Source of the DNA: Ferruginibacter sp.
GTDB lineage: Bacteria > Bacteroidota > Bacteroidia > Chitinophagales > Chitinophagaceae
Direction of reading: 5' to 3'
Assembly (NCBI GenBank): GCA_025351645.1
Contig: JANXVN010000041.1
Location: 2,524-66,523, forward strand
Length of the DNA stretch: 64,000 nt
This document shows, piece by piece, positions 36,656 through 45,837 of this stretch. The notes beneath the pieces were generated by a model. The model was not told the DNA's origin. It searched no databases and saw only the letters and a program-made list of their open reading frames with translations. Position 1 is the first letter of the stretch; each line of letters starts with the position of its first letter. Made by a program: the position numbers and the translations under genes.

Positions 36656-38128
36656 TCAATAAAACTTTGGGCATTGCAAATTGCGTGAAAATTTATTCTG
36701 TACTTTATCTTTTGGCTGGTGCTCTTGCCGCTCGTACTTTTTTCCAGGGCGAATAGTAAGCGCCAAATAAAAGCCACCGTTTTGCGATTTATTTTTTGAA
36801 AACAGGTTAGCCAAATTATGTGTGCCTAATAATATTGGGCCAGCTTTTATAGCGCCCCCAACCCATACTTGTTTTTGGTTATTTACCAATATGGGTAAGT
36901 AAGCGCCCACTCCTTTTAGTTCCCATCTTGGCGTTACAGCCAATAAATTCATGTCTTTTATGTGCAAGGTATTTTTGGCCACCAGCGACATTACAGGTAC
37001 AGTTAAAGCCGCATTTACAAAAAAGTTGTTTGCAATGTGCTGGTCTACATTAATCATTAAGCGCATAGGCTGATAAATATAAAAATTGCCTATCATTTGT
37101 GTAAACGTATTGGATATTGAACCAAGGCTATCATTAAAATCATCTACAGAATTTATATTACTAAATTTCTTTTCTAACAACGTATCTGTAATCCCTGGTT
37201 TAACACTAACGGCAAGCCTGCTGCGGCTTCCGTGCTTGTATTTACTGCTGCCTATATCCAGCACACTAACGCCAACCTTTGTTTCATAAGCATAATCCCC
37301 ACCTTCGTCATTGCCTTCATCTGTAAGTAAAATATATTCAAAACCAACATCCGCACTAACGCTGGAATAGGTGTTGTGCAAAAAAGCCTTTGTGTTAGCA
37401 GCGCTGTTTTTATTGGTATCAATAATATCAAAATTAGCGGAGTAACCATATTGCAGGCTACCATTAGTTAACAAATAACTAAGCGTGTTGGGGTTATTGC
37501 CTGGTATATAACTTATACCTTGTGTTTTGGCATAACCGCCGGCAAGGTTACGGTTTACTTTTAAAGTAAGCCCTGCATTTAAAAGGCGGCTACCATCTTC
37601 ATAAATAGTTTGTGCATAAGCGGCGTATAATTCAGCCCAGGTACTTGCTGCAGCTTCTGCTGATATTGGCAAGTTGTTAATATTAAGCTTCATAAAATCC
37701 CGAAGAGCGAAACTGCTATCCTGATAATTTGATTGGCTGCTTGTGGCATAAACATAACTACGGATATTGGCTCCAAAAGCAATGGCTGCTTTTGTATTAA
37801 GGCTTATACGGGTGTTGAATAAATGAATATCCTGGTTAGCAAAAACAAACCGTTTTTTTTCGCCATTAGTTGCTGTTATAGTTACATTAGCCGGTAACGA
37901 AAGTAAGGAGTAATTACTAATTACAAGGGCATTGGTGCTTTGCTTAACCTGAATTGAAAAAGGTGTAACATCCCACGCATACGGCACATGTACAATGCTT
38001 GCAGGGTTATTGCCTACGCCAAGGCTGCCTGCATAAGATGAGCCGTTAATTGCCTGGTAATTTTGTGCAGCCAAACAATTTAATAATAGTAAAGCGGCAA
38101 TAGTATAATAAATTTTTAAAAAGTGCAT
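36656..38128 (-). CDS. Secreted, probably outer-membrane, hypothetical protein
   Basis: ATG at 38128 gives signal peptide MHFLKIYYTIAALLLLNCLAAQ. Alternating beta-strand-like composition. No motif recognised. Confidence 0.5.
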   Translation of the reverse strand: MHFLKIYYTIAALLLLNCLAAQNYQAINGSSYAGSLGVGNNPASIVHVPYAWDVTPFSIQVKQSTNALVISNYSLLSLPANVTITATNGEKKRFVFANQDIHLFNTRISLNTKAAIAFGANIRSYVYATSSQSNYQDSSFALRDFMKLNINNLPISAEAAASTWAELYAAYAQTIYEDGSRLLNAGLTLKVNRNLAGGYAKTQGISYIPGNNPNTLSYLLTNGSLQYGYSANFDIIDTNKNSAANTKAFLHNTYSSVSADVGFEYILLTDEGNDEGGDYAYETKVGVSVLDIGSSKYKHGSRSRLAVSVKPGITDTLLEKKFSNINSVDDFNDSLGSISNTFTQMIGNFYIYQPMRLMINVDQHIANNFFVNAALTVPVMSLVAKNTLHIKDMNLLAVTPRWELKGVGAYLPILVNNQKQVWVGGAIKAGPILLGTHNLANLFSKNKSQNGGFYLALTIRPGKKYERQEHQPKDKVQNKFSRNLQCPKFY

Positions 38129-38940
38129 ATGGTTCAAGCTTCGATAAATAATAAATCGTTCATACGAAAATATACAATATTCAGCCATCAATTTTAACCA
38201 GAAATTTTTAAACATGCTGATACCTCATTTTATTTAAAAATGGTCCATGATAAAACAATTGGCTTTGCATTTTATTTAAATAATTTCAAGGCAACGCTTT
38301 TAAATCATTTAATAAACGAATAAAATGCTGAGGCATTATGCATACATAATAAAAAAGAAAAATCCCGAAGTTATCAGGATATGATGATTTTAAAATGACA
38401 TCAGCCTAGGCCTCTATGAAGTGAAAGATGAACTAGAAAAACATATAACCAACGCACCAATGAACTCTTTGATTTGCAGGACAAGATCATTCTTTATGAT
38501 TTGGCCAATACCTGCTTTGAAGTTGCTGTGCGCAGCAGTAAGATCGCTAAATTTGGTTGGGGCAAGTAAAAGCGCACAGCTACCCTTTTGGTGATGTTGG
38601 CCGTAGGGGCAATGGCGTATTGGGTAGTAAATGCCATCTGTCATCAACTAAAATAAAAAGGTATCAGCAACGTTGGGAGCGATATCGTAAGGATAATGAA
38701 CACACAGAAAATTGGAACCACAACAATGGACAATCAAAATAACCAACTAATCGTAGTCCGCCAAAGCAATTAACCAACAGAGCAGGCAAGCAAGATTTAT
38801 ACAAGCCCTAAAATATAAGCCTAAGCCATTTACCTACAAAGAATTTGTAGTTCTCCCGGCAAAATTAAAAAACCGAAAGACTTGCTATGCCTGAATTATT
38901 TTTTGATTAATTGCAATGTGGGTGATTTTTTTGCTGAAAG

Positions 38941-38980
38941 TTGGCAGATTACTAAAGATGCTAATCTGCCAACCTGCGGC
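38941..38980 (+). repeat. Family D-related hairpin (third copy); possible terminator of the convergent cytochrome gene
   Basis: TTGGCAGATTA-N10-TAATCTGCCAA followed by CCTGCGGC. Same GCAGATT...AATCTGC..CTGCGGC pattern as 14460-14611. Confidence 0.5.
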
Positions 38981-39000
38981 CTAATAAAAAAATTACTTCG

Positions 39001-39873
39001 CTATTTTATTTGATGCAGGTATAAGTAGATAGCTTGTAGCTCTTCTGTATTATGCGCAACGCCCATAGTCCTCCAGGGCATATACTCTGTAAGCATCTTT
39101 CCTTCAGGAGTTTTGCCGGTATGTAAGGTTGTAATAAATTGAGCACTGTCCCACTTACCCACATGGCCGGTGGTTGTAAGGTCTGGTATATGTGGCTCGC
39201 CAGGTGCGTTGCCATCGCCGCCTTTAAATGTTTCGCCGTGGCACCCCTGGCACCCAACCGCTAAATACTTGCCATAAGCCACCGTTGCTGCCGGCTTTAC
39301 ATCATCCGGAAAACTGGCACTATGGTCAATCATCTCCGCAGGGAACATGGGGAACTTGCCTAAAAATGTAAGCAGCCTGCCTAAAGGGTTTATCTTTTTT
39401 TGTGGCGTTGCTTTATCAACCGGCGGTAGTTGCTTTAAGTAACATATCAGCGCACCTAAATCTTTATTGCTTAAGCTTCCACTGGTATGTTGCACTGGCA
39501 TAAACCAAAGCGGTTTGCCTTCTTTGCTTATACCGTGCCTTAATGCACGTATCCAATCTTTATCGGTATAGTTGATGCCGCCTTTGCCAGTTGTAAGGTT
39601 AGCAGCATACAAAGTTGCTATGGGGTTATGTTCATCAAAAAAAGCTTTTCCGCCATTTGCGTGGCAATCGTTGCAGCCTCTCACTGCTGCTATATGTGCG
39701 CCTAATGCATACGTAGCAGAATCTGTAGGGATACTTAGTTGCTGGATGGTTACTTCGTACACTTTATTTGCACGGGATTCTGTTTTAAAATAGACTACTG
39801 CATAAAATAGCAACAGTAACGCAAGCAAACTAATTACTACTAAGCCTGTCCATCTTAATATTTTTTTAATCAT
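39001..39873 (-). CDS. Membrane-anchored di-haem c-type cytochrome
   Basis: CNDCH and CQGCH motifs, N-terminal TM helix. Confidence 0.75.
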   Translation of the reverse strand: MIKKILRWTGLVVISLLALLLLFYAVVYFKTESRANKVYEVTIQQLSIPTDSATYALGAHIAAVRGCNDCHANGGKAFFDEHNPIATLYAANLTTGKGGINYTDKDWIRALRHGISKEGKPLWFMPVQHTSGSLSNKDLGALICYLKQLPPVDKATPQKKINPLGRLLTFLGKFPMFPAEMIDHSASFPDDVKPAATVAYGKYLAVGCQGCHGETFKGGDGNAPGEPHIPDLTTTGHVGKWDSAQFITTLHTGKTPEGKMLTEYMPWRTMGVAHNTEELQAIYLYLHQIK

Positions 39874-40292
39874 GGCATTGGGTGTTTTTTATTGTTTAAA
39901 TTGTATATCCGGTTCAAAAAATTATATATATATATATTCTTTAAGAGCGATAATTCTTATTACAATAAAATTCGGGTGCCACTTAGTAAATTAAACTGAT
40001 AGGAAAAGGATAAAGTATTGTATTTAAAATAGTTGTTTGATGAAAATTTTTACTAATATAAGTAATTATAAATATAATTTGTAAATTATATACGCCACAA
40101 GCAGCGCCACTTAGTTAGCGGTAACCATTTAATTATAATCGGCGACAGAAACCATGTTGAATAATTTTAAGAAAGAAAATACATGTGGGAGATGATTGTA
40201 AAGAACCCTATTTTTTAAAATGGCTTAAAGAATAAACGGTAATATATTTTGAGCCTTATAGTTTATTTGTATCTTTCTGTAAACATTGCATT

Positions 40293-41015
40293 ATGCCCAT
40301 AGAACCATGGCGTACCGGTACGGTAATAAAAATTGAACAGCAAACGCATAATACCAGGCGCTTTTTTATACAAATACCAGAGCTGGAAAAATTTGATTTT
40401 AAGCCTGGCCAGTTTGTTACGTTAGACTTGCCCATACACGAAAAACCCAACAGGCGCTGGCGTAGTTATTCCATTGCGAGCTGGCCTGATGGCACTAACG
40501 TTTTTGAACTGTGCATCGTATTATTGGAAGGAGGCGCTGGCACAACTTATTTATTTAACGAAATAACAGAAGGCAGCCAAATAATACTTCGCGGCCCGGT
40601 AGGTATTTTTACTTTGCAGGAAGAAAATTACGCAAAGGAACTTTTTTTAATTTGCACTGGCACCGGCATTGCACCCTTTCGCAGCATGGCACAATATATA
40701 AAGCTGCATAACCCGCCCCACAATAATATCCACCTTATTTTTGGTTGCCGCACACAGCAAGACTTGCTTTATCATAATGAGCTTTCAGCATTACAAAAAG
40801 ACTTGCCTAACTTTTTTTACCATCCTGTTTTATCAAGGGAAGAGTGGAGTGGCAGGAGCGGTTACGTGCATGCAGTGTATGAAGAACTAAGCGTAGCTAA
40901 ACCACCGGCAACTTTCTTTTTATGTGGCTGGAAAGCAATGATAGACGAGGCGAAGCACCGGATATTGGAATTGGGGTATGATAAGAAAATGATACACCTA
41001 GAGTTGTATGGGTAG
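40293..41015 (+). CDS. Ferredoxin-NADP reductase-type FAD/NAD(P)-binding oxidoreductase
   Basis: RSYSIAS (RxYS FAD motif), GTGIAPF, LCGW. Confidence 0.8.
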   Translation: MPIEPWRTGTVIKIEQQTHNTRRFFIQIPELEKFDFKPGQFVTLDLPIHEKPNRRWRSYSIASWPDGTNVFELCIVLLEGGAGTTYLFNEITEGSQIILRGPVGIFTLQEENYAKELFLICTGTGIAPFRSMAQYIKLHNPPHNNIHLIFGCRTQQDLLYHNELSALQKDLPNFFYHPVLSREEWSGRSGYVHAVYEELSVAKPPATFFLCGWKAMIDEAKHRILELGYDKKMIHLELYG

Positions 41016-41027
41016 CAATTTTTATCA

Positions 41028-41837
41028 CTAAAAAACAAAAGAATAACCTTTGCCTTTTGCGTCTCCATTATCTATCTGTGCAAACTTATCAATTTCCTGT
41101 TGCAGGTATTTTGCATATTGCAAGTACATAAAATTTCTAAAGATTTCGATGTCTTCAACTTTTCTAGTTTGTTGCAAAGCTTCAAAATAAGCAGCCTTAT
41201 CTTCTTTAAAAACAATGCTAAGCGGCAGGTTGAAACATAGTTGTAAATAATTCATCAGCAGCCTGCTCGTCCGGCCATTGCCATCGTAAAAGGGATGGAT
41301 ACTTACCAGGTCAAAATGTACATCAAAGGCGATATTTAATTTTGTAATGGTTGTATGGGCATCTGAAATTTTCTCTTTAATGCCATCACAAAGCTTGTTA
41401 ACCAAAGGTTCAACTTTTTCATAACCAACAAAATAAGTTCCGCCAGCGCTAACATTCCCTTTTCTAAAAACGCCTTTTGTAGCATCCAGTTCTCCAAAAA
41501 CTGTTTGGTAAACGCTGCCGGTCTGTTTGATTACGGCAGCATTTATTTCTTTAATAAACAAAGGTGTTACAGTTGTTTTTTGTACAGCTTTATTTATAAT
41601 AAATTGTAGTGCGTTGTAATGATCTTGTACCATAAGGCTATGTAGCAGTGGCTTTCCGGCAGGAGTGGTGCCTTCATCCAGCAAAAGCCTTGTTTCAATT
41701 TCAGTAAGCGTACTGCCTTCAATTGTTGTAGAATGATGTGTAATTGCATAGCCGTTAAACTTATCAAAATCTATGATAGCTGATAAGTTTAACGACCGAA
41801 ATTTTTCTATTAACGATATAATATGTTGTTCATCCAT
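41028..41837 (-). CDS. Fic family protein (class II, N-terminal inhibitory motif)
   Basis: HPFYDGNGRTSRLL (Fic motif) and N-terminal HHSTTIEGS matching the (S/T)xxxE(G/N) auto-inhibitory motif. Confidence 0.9.
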   Translation of the reverse strand: MDEQHIISLIEKFRSLNLSAIIDFDKFNGYAITHHSTTIEGSTLTEIETRLLLDEGTTPAGKPLLHSLMVQDHYNALQFIINKAVQKTTVTPLFIKEINAAVIKQTGSVYQTVFGELDATKGVFRKGNVSAGGTYFVGYEKVEPLVNKLCDGIKEKISDAHTTITKLNIAFDVHFDLVSIHPFYDGNGRTSRLLMNYLQLCFNLPLSIVFKEDKAAYFEALQQTRKVEDIEIFRNFMYLQYAKYLQQEIDKFAQIDNGDAKGKGYSFVF

Positions 41838-41900
41838 TCAATAACCCCAAAGAAATTAAATAATCTTCGAACCAGATTAGCACATTAGCAAATCAGCACA

Positions 41901-43361
41901 TTAGCTAATTTTTCCCAGTACCAATTGTTTCACCTCACTTAACGCAATCCTTTCCTGTAGCATAGAATCCCTGTAACGTATGGTGACCGTATTGTCTTCT
42001 TTTGTTTGATGGTCGATGGTTACGCAGAAGGGCGTGCCAATAGCATCCATACGGCGGTAACGTTTTCCGATGGCATCTTTTTCTTCGTAAAAACATTGAA
42101 AAGATTGCTTGCAGTCAGCCATCAGTTCTTTAGCAATTTCAGGCAGCCCATCTTTTTTAAGCAACGGAAGTATCGCCAGTTTGGTAGGAGCAATCTTAGC
42201 CGGTATGCGCAATACCACACGGCTATCCTCGGTACCATCTTCTTTCAGCCACTTTTCGTTGGCATACGCCAGGCTCATAACAGTTAGGAATAAACGATCC
42301 AGCCCTACAGAAGTTTCAAGAACATACGGGATGTAGTTGCCATAAGGCTTTCCATCTTCCTTAAGGTCGTTATCAAAATATTGCATTTTCTTTTTACTGA
42401 AAGTCTGGTGCTGCGTTAAATCGTAGTCAGTTCTTGAGTGTATGCCTTCCAGTTCCTTCCAGCCAAACGGAAATTCAAATTCTATATCCAGTGCCGCATC
42501 TGCATAATGGGCCAATTTTACATGGTCGTGAAAACGCAATTTTGTTGCAGGTATGCCAATGCTTTCATGCCATTTGATCCTTTCAGCTTTCCAGTATTCG
42601 TACCATTCCATTTGCGTGCCAGGGCGAACAAAAAACTGCATTTCCATCTGTTCAAATTCCCGCATGCGAAAAATAAACTGCCTGGCCACAATTTCATTCC
42701 TAAAGGCCTTGCCCGTTTGCGCAATGCCAAAAGGTATTTTCATGCGCCCGGTTTTTTGTACGTTTAAAAAGTTCACAAAAATACCCTGCGCAGTTTCGGG
42801 GCGTAAATAAATGGTTTCGCTTTCTTCCGCCACGCTGCCGATCTGTGTGCTAAACATCAGGTTAAACTCCCGTACATCCGTCCAGTTGCTGGTTTTGCTG
42901 ATGGCGCATTTTATATTGTTGTCTTCAATTAGTTTTTTTAAGCCCGGGTAATCACTGGCGGCAATCAATGCATCCATGTTTTTCAGCAAGGCAAATTCTT
43001 CTTCTTTTTTTCCTTCCAATGCAAGCGCTTCCGCATGGGCCTCAATTAAATGGTCAACCCTATAGCGCTTGTTGCTGTCTTTATTATCAATCATCGGGTC
43101 GCTAAAATTATCCACGTGCCCGCTGGCCTTCCAGGTAGTTGGGTGCATAAAAATTGCCGCGTCAATGCCCACGATATTATCGTTTAGCTGCGTCATGCTT
43201 TTCCACCAATAATCACGGATGTTCTTTTTTAACTGGGCGCCATTTTGGCCATAGTCGTACACCGCTGCCAGCCCATCATAAATTTCAGAAGATTGAAAAA
43301 TGTAGCCGTATTCTTTACAATGAGCAATCAGCTCTGCAAAATTGTTTGATTCGTTTGCCAT
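41901..43361 (-). CDS. glyQS: Glycine--tRNA ligase (alpha2 type)
   Basis: MANESNNFAELIAHCKEYGYIFQSSEIYDGL..., RPETAQGIF. ATG at 43361. Confidence 0.95.
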   Translation of the reverse strand: MANESNNFAELIAHCKEYGYIFQSSEIYDGLAAVYDYGQNGAQLKKNIRDYWWKSMTQLNDNIVGIDAAIFMHPTTWKASGHVDNFSDPMIDNKDSNKRYRVDHLIEAHAEALALEGKKEEEFALLKNMDALIAASDYPGLKKLIEDNNIKCAISKTSNWTDVREFNLMFSTQIGSVAEESETIYLRPETAQGIFVNFLNVQKTGRMKIPFGIAQTGKAFRNEIVARQFIFRMREFEQMEMQFFVRPGTQMEWYEYWKAERIKWHESIGIPATKLRFHDHVKLAHYADAALDIEFEFPFGWKELEGIHSRTDYDLTQHQTFSKKKMQYFDNDLKEDGKPYGNYIPYVLETSVGLDRLFLTVMSLAYANEKWLKEDGTEDSRVVLRIPAKIAPTKLAILPLLKKDGLPEIAKELMADCKQSFQCFYEEKDAIGKRYRRMDAIGTPFCVTIDHQTKEDNTVTIRYRDSMLQERIALSEVKQLVLGKIS

Positions 43362-43464
43362 AATACTGCAAAAGTAAAAAATAAAAGCCCAACTATTGCA
43401 ATCCAATACATCCGTTATCTTTGAGGCACACCATACTACCTTTTACGCTACCTTAAATTTTTTC

Positions 43465-44607
43465 ATGGCAGATATTATCCAAATACTAAACAATAAGCCC
43501 TCTTCCCTTGAAAAGTTTGGGCTCTATTACCTTGGCTTTTTTAAACGGATAGATTCTGATCATAATGTTTTTGATCTTACCGATGAAGACCTTATCAAAC
43601 GGGTAAATTATATCACCCGGAAAGGCGTTATACTTTCCTGTTTAATTGGGCTGGCATGCGTTTTTCCAACAGTTTGGGTAGACGTGCATTTTAGCAAACA
43701 GCCACTGTTGGTGCATTACGGCTGGGTAATTGCTGCCACCATCGTTGCTACTTTAATTGAATTTTATGTATTATTTATCATTGCATTAAAAGCAGTGTAC
43801 GAAGTAAGCGAAATAATAAACATGCACGCTAAACAAAGCGAACTGGCTACAGATGGCTTGTTCAGCGTACAGCATATCTTATCAAGGACGGCATTAGAGC
43901 TACCCGACCCCGAGTTAAAAATATTAGGAATCGACCCTTTTAAACGCATCTCTAAAAAGAATTTATTTATACTTGGGTTACTGTATAAAGCAAAAATTGT
44001 GGTAACTAATTTTGTAGTAAAATATGCGTTGATATTAGCTGTAGGCCCAACCATTTTTGGCATACCGGTTTTGTATGAAGCGTTGCTGGTAGAATGTTTT
44101 TGGAACGGCGTAGTAATTAGAAGGGTAGTACATGAAGCAAGGCTGCGGCTTTTTGGCTTTGCGCTTGCCAACCAGATAGCAACTAATGTTTGCCACGATA
44201 AAATATTAGCGCAACTATCGCCATTTGCAAAAGTAGGCTGTTTACGGGCTATTGGCAATGCAGTAGTAATGTCAAAAAACTACCATCCTAATATGATCAT
44301 CCTGTTGATAAGGTTTCAGCAAGTACTACAAATAACCGAAGAGAATAAATACGATGACTGGGATTTGTTTGTAGATACGTTGCAAAAAGTAAGTAGTAAA
44401 GAGCGTAATTTTTTGCTCGATCTTTTTACAGTAGCAGCTGCATTTGATGGAAAATTATCAAGCCTGGAAACCGAAAGTTTAAAGGCCGCTTATGGAACAG
44501 ATTACGAATTGTATCAACCAAGGTTAATACAGCTTACAAAATATTTACGTGAAGGGGAATTAAACGCCGCCCTCGATTTATGCAAGCTCGATTTTGTTGC
44601 AGGATAA
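43465..44607 (+). CDS. Hypothetical membrane protein (380 aa)
   Basis: ATG at 43465. Several hydrophobic helices in the first two thirds and a soluble C-terminal helical region. Family not recognised with confidence. Confidence 0.45.
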   Translation: MADIIQILNNKPSSLEKFGLYYLGFFKRIDSDHNVFDLTDEDLIKRVNYITRKGVILSCLIGLACVFPTVWVDVHFSKQPLLVHYGWVIAATIVATLIEFYVLFIIALKAVYEVSEIINMHAKQSELATDGLFSVQHILSRTALELPDPELKILGIDPFKRISKKNLFILGLLYKAKIVVTNFVVKYALILAVGPTIFGIPVLYEALLVECFWNGVVIRRVVHEARLRLFGFALANQIATNVCHDKILAQLSPFAKVGCLRAIGNAVVMSKNYHPNMIILLIRFQQVLQITEENKYDDWDLFVDTLQKVSSKERNFLLDLFTVAAAFDGKLSSLETESLKAAYGTDYELYQPRLIQLTKYLREGELNAALDLCKLDFVAG

Positions 44608-44609
44608 AT

Positions 44610-44945
44610 TTATTGCAGCTTTTCGTTGTTCAGGTGCCGCTCGCTGTCCCGCATATTTTTCTTTTCAAAATTCTTTTCCAATGCAGTTGTAAGGTCAACG
44701 CCGGTTTGGTTAGCAAGGCAAATCAGTACCCATAAAATATCCGCCATTTCATCTCCTAAGTTGTTGCCTTTATCGCTTTCTTTAAAAGATTGTTCGCCAT
44801 ACGTCCGCACCATCAGCCTCGATAATTCGCCCACTTCTTCCATTAAAATACCAAGGTTGGTAAGCTCATTAAAATAGCGCACGCCTACAGTTTTTATCCA
44901 TTCATCTACTTTTGTTTGTGCTTGTTGTAAAGTTATTTCAGCCAT
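44610..44945 (-). CDS. MazG-like nucleotide pyrophosphohydrolase
   Basis: EEVGELSR...GDEMADILWVLICLAN (EExxE/D-type MazG motifs). ATG at 44945. Confidence 0.8.
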   Translation of the reverse strand: MAEITLQQAQTKVDEWIKTVGVRYFNELTNLGILMEEVGELSRLMVRTYGEQSFKESDKGNNLGDEMADILWVLICLANQTGVDLTTALEKNFEKKNMRDSERHLNNEKLQ

Positions 44946-44962
44946 AAATATTTTTAATGATA

Positions 44963-45418
44963 TCAATAATCTTTGTTCTTCGAGTCGATCCAAATGGTTA
45001 CCGGCCCATCGTTTACTAATGCCACTTTCATATCAGCACCAAAACTGCCGGTAAAAATCTTCTTGCCTAAATCAGTTTCTAACTGCGCTATCATTTTTTC
45101 ATAAATTAGGATGGCTACCATCTGCTTGCTGGCACGCATATACGAAGGGCGGTTGCCTTTTTTAACATTGGCATGCAAGGTAAACTGGCTCACTAATAAA
45201 ACGTCGCCACCAGTTTCTATCAGCGAAACATTCGGCACTTTTATAGCATCATCAAAAATGCGAAGGTTAATTATTTTGTTACTAAGCCATTTTACATCTT
45301 CTTCCGTATCCGCATCTTCAATACCCACTAATACCAGCAAACCATTGCTGATAGCGGCTGTTGCCTCATTATTAATTGTTACGCCAGCGGATGTTACTCT
45401 TTGTAAAATTGCCCTCAT
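44963..45418 (-). CDS. dtd: D-aminoacyl-tRNA deacylase
   Basis: MRAILQRV..., SQFTL, ...GPVTIWIDS. ATG at 45418. Confidence 0.9.
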   Translation of the reverse strand: MRAILQRVTSAGVTINNEATAAISNGLLVLVGIEDADTEEDVKWLSNKIINLRIFDDAIKVPNVSLIETGGDVLLVSQFTLHANVKKGNRPSYMRASKQMVAILIYEKMIAQLETDLGKKIFTGSFGADMKVALVNDGPVTIWIDSKNKDY

Positions 45419-45476
45419 ACAATAAAGGTAACAAGCTGTCAATTAAATTTCGTTGAAAATGGGCTCTACGTTTATT

Positions 45477-45618
45477 ATTTTTTATATCAGCCAATGCAAC
45501 AGAACATCCTCCCTGCCCAAAAGAGATATCTATACGCTGTCAATTTAAAAACTTCTTTTAAATCATCTTGCTACAAGAATCTTCCTTTGGAGGGCCGGGA
45601 GGCTGCATCTTTTACCAC
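45477..45618 (+). repeat. Family A element, degenerate copy (A5) in the nrdJ upstream region
   Basis: Left arm remnant 45504-45525, right arm CTTCCTTTGGAGGGCCGGGAGGCTG 45581-45605, 3' module GCATCTTTTACCAC. Confidence 0.6.
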
Positions 45619-45837
45619 TAAGTATGGGGCGTATTATAAAGCAATACACTTTACGTAGCAAGCTAACCTTAAGCAATGTAAAATATACCCAAAAAAGCAA
45701 ACGCATAAAATTACCCTTTTCAGGGGATGGGGGATTTGTCCACACCTGTTAGTAGTTACCGTTTTGCTTTTTCATCAACAAAAGATATTTTCGTTATCCG
45801 TCTTTTAACATTCAGTAATTCCACAACCTACCATTTT

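Noticed and set aside
38414-38647. 77-aa ORF that might be a transposase remnant (MTDG...Y segment vaguely IS66-like)
   Set aside because: The resemblance is limited to a few residues. There are no DDE motifs or terminal repeats. It is kept only as part of the ORF-poor-region finding.
45619-45837. Cobalamin riboswitch or NrdR box upstream of nrdJ
   Set aside because: I could not find a B12-box-like core or paired NrdR-box palindromes by eye. B12 riboswitches normally repress B12-independent enzymes rather than class II RNR.
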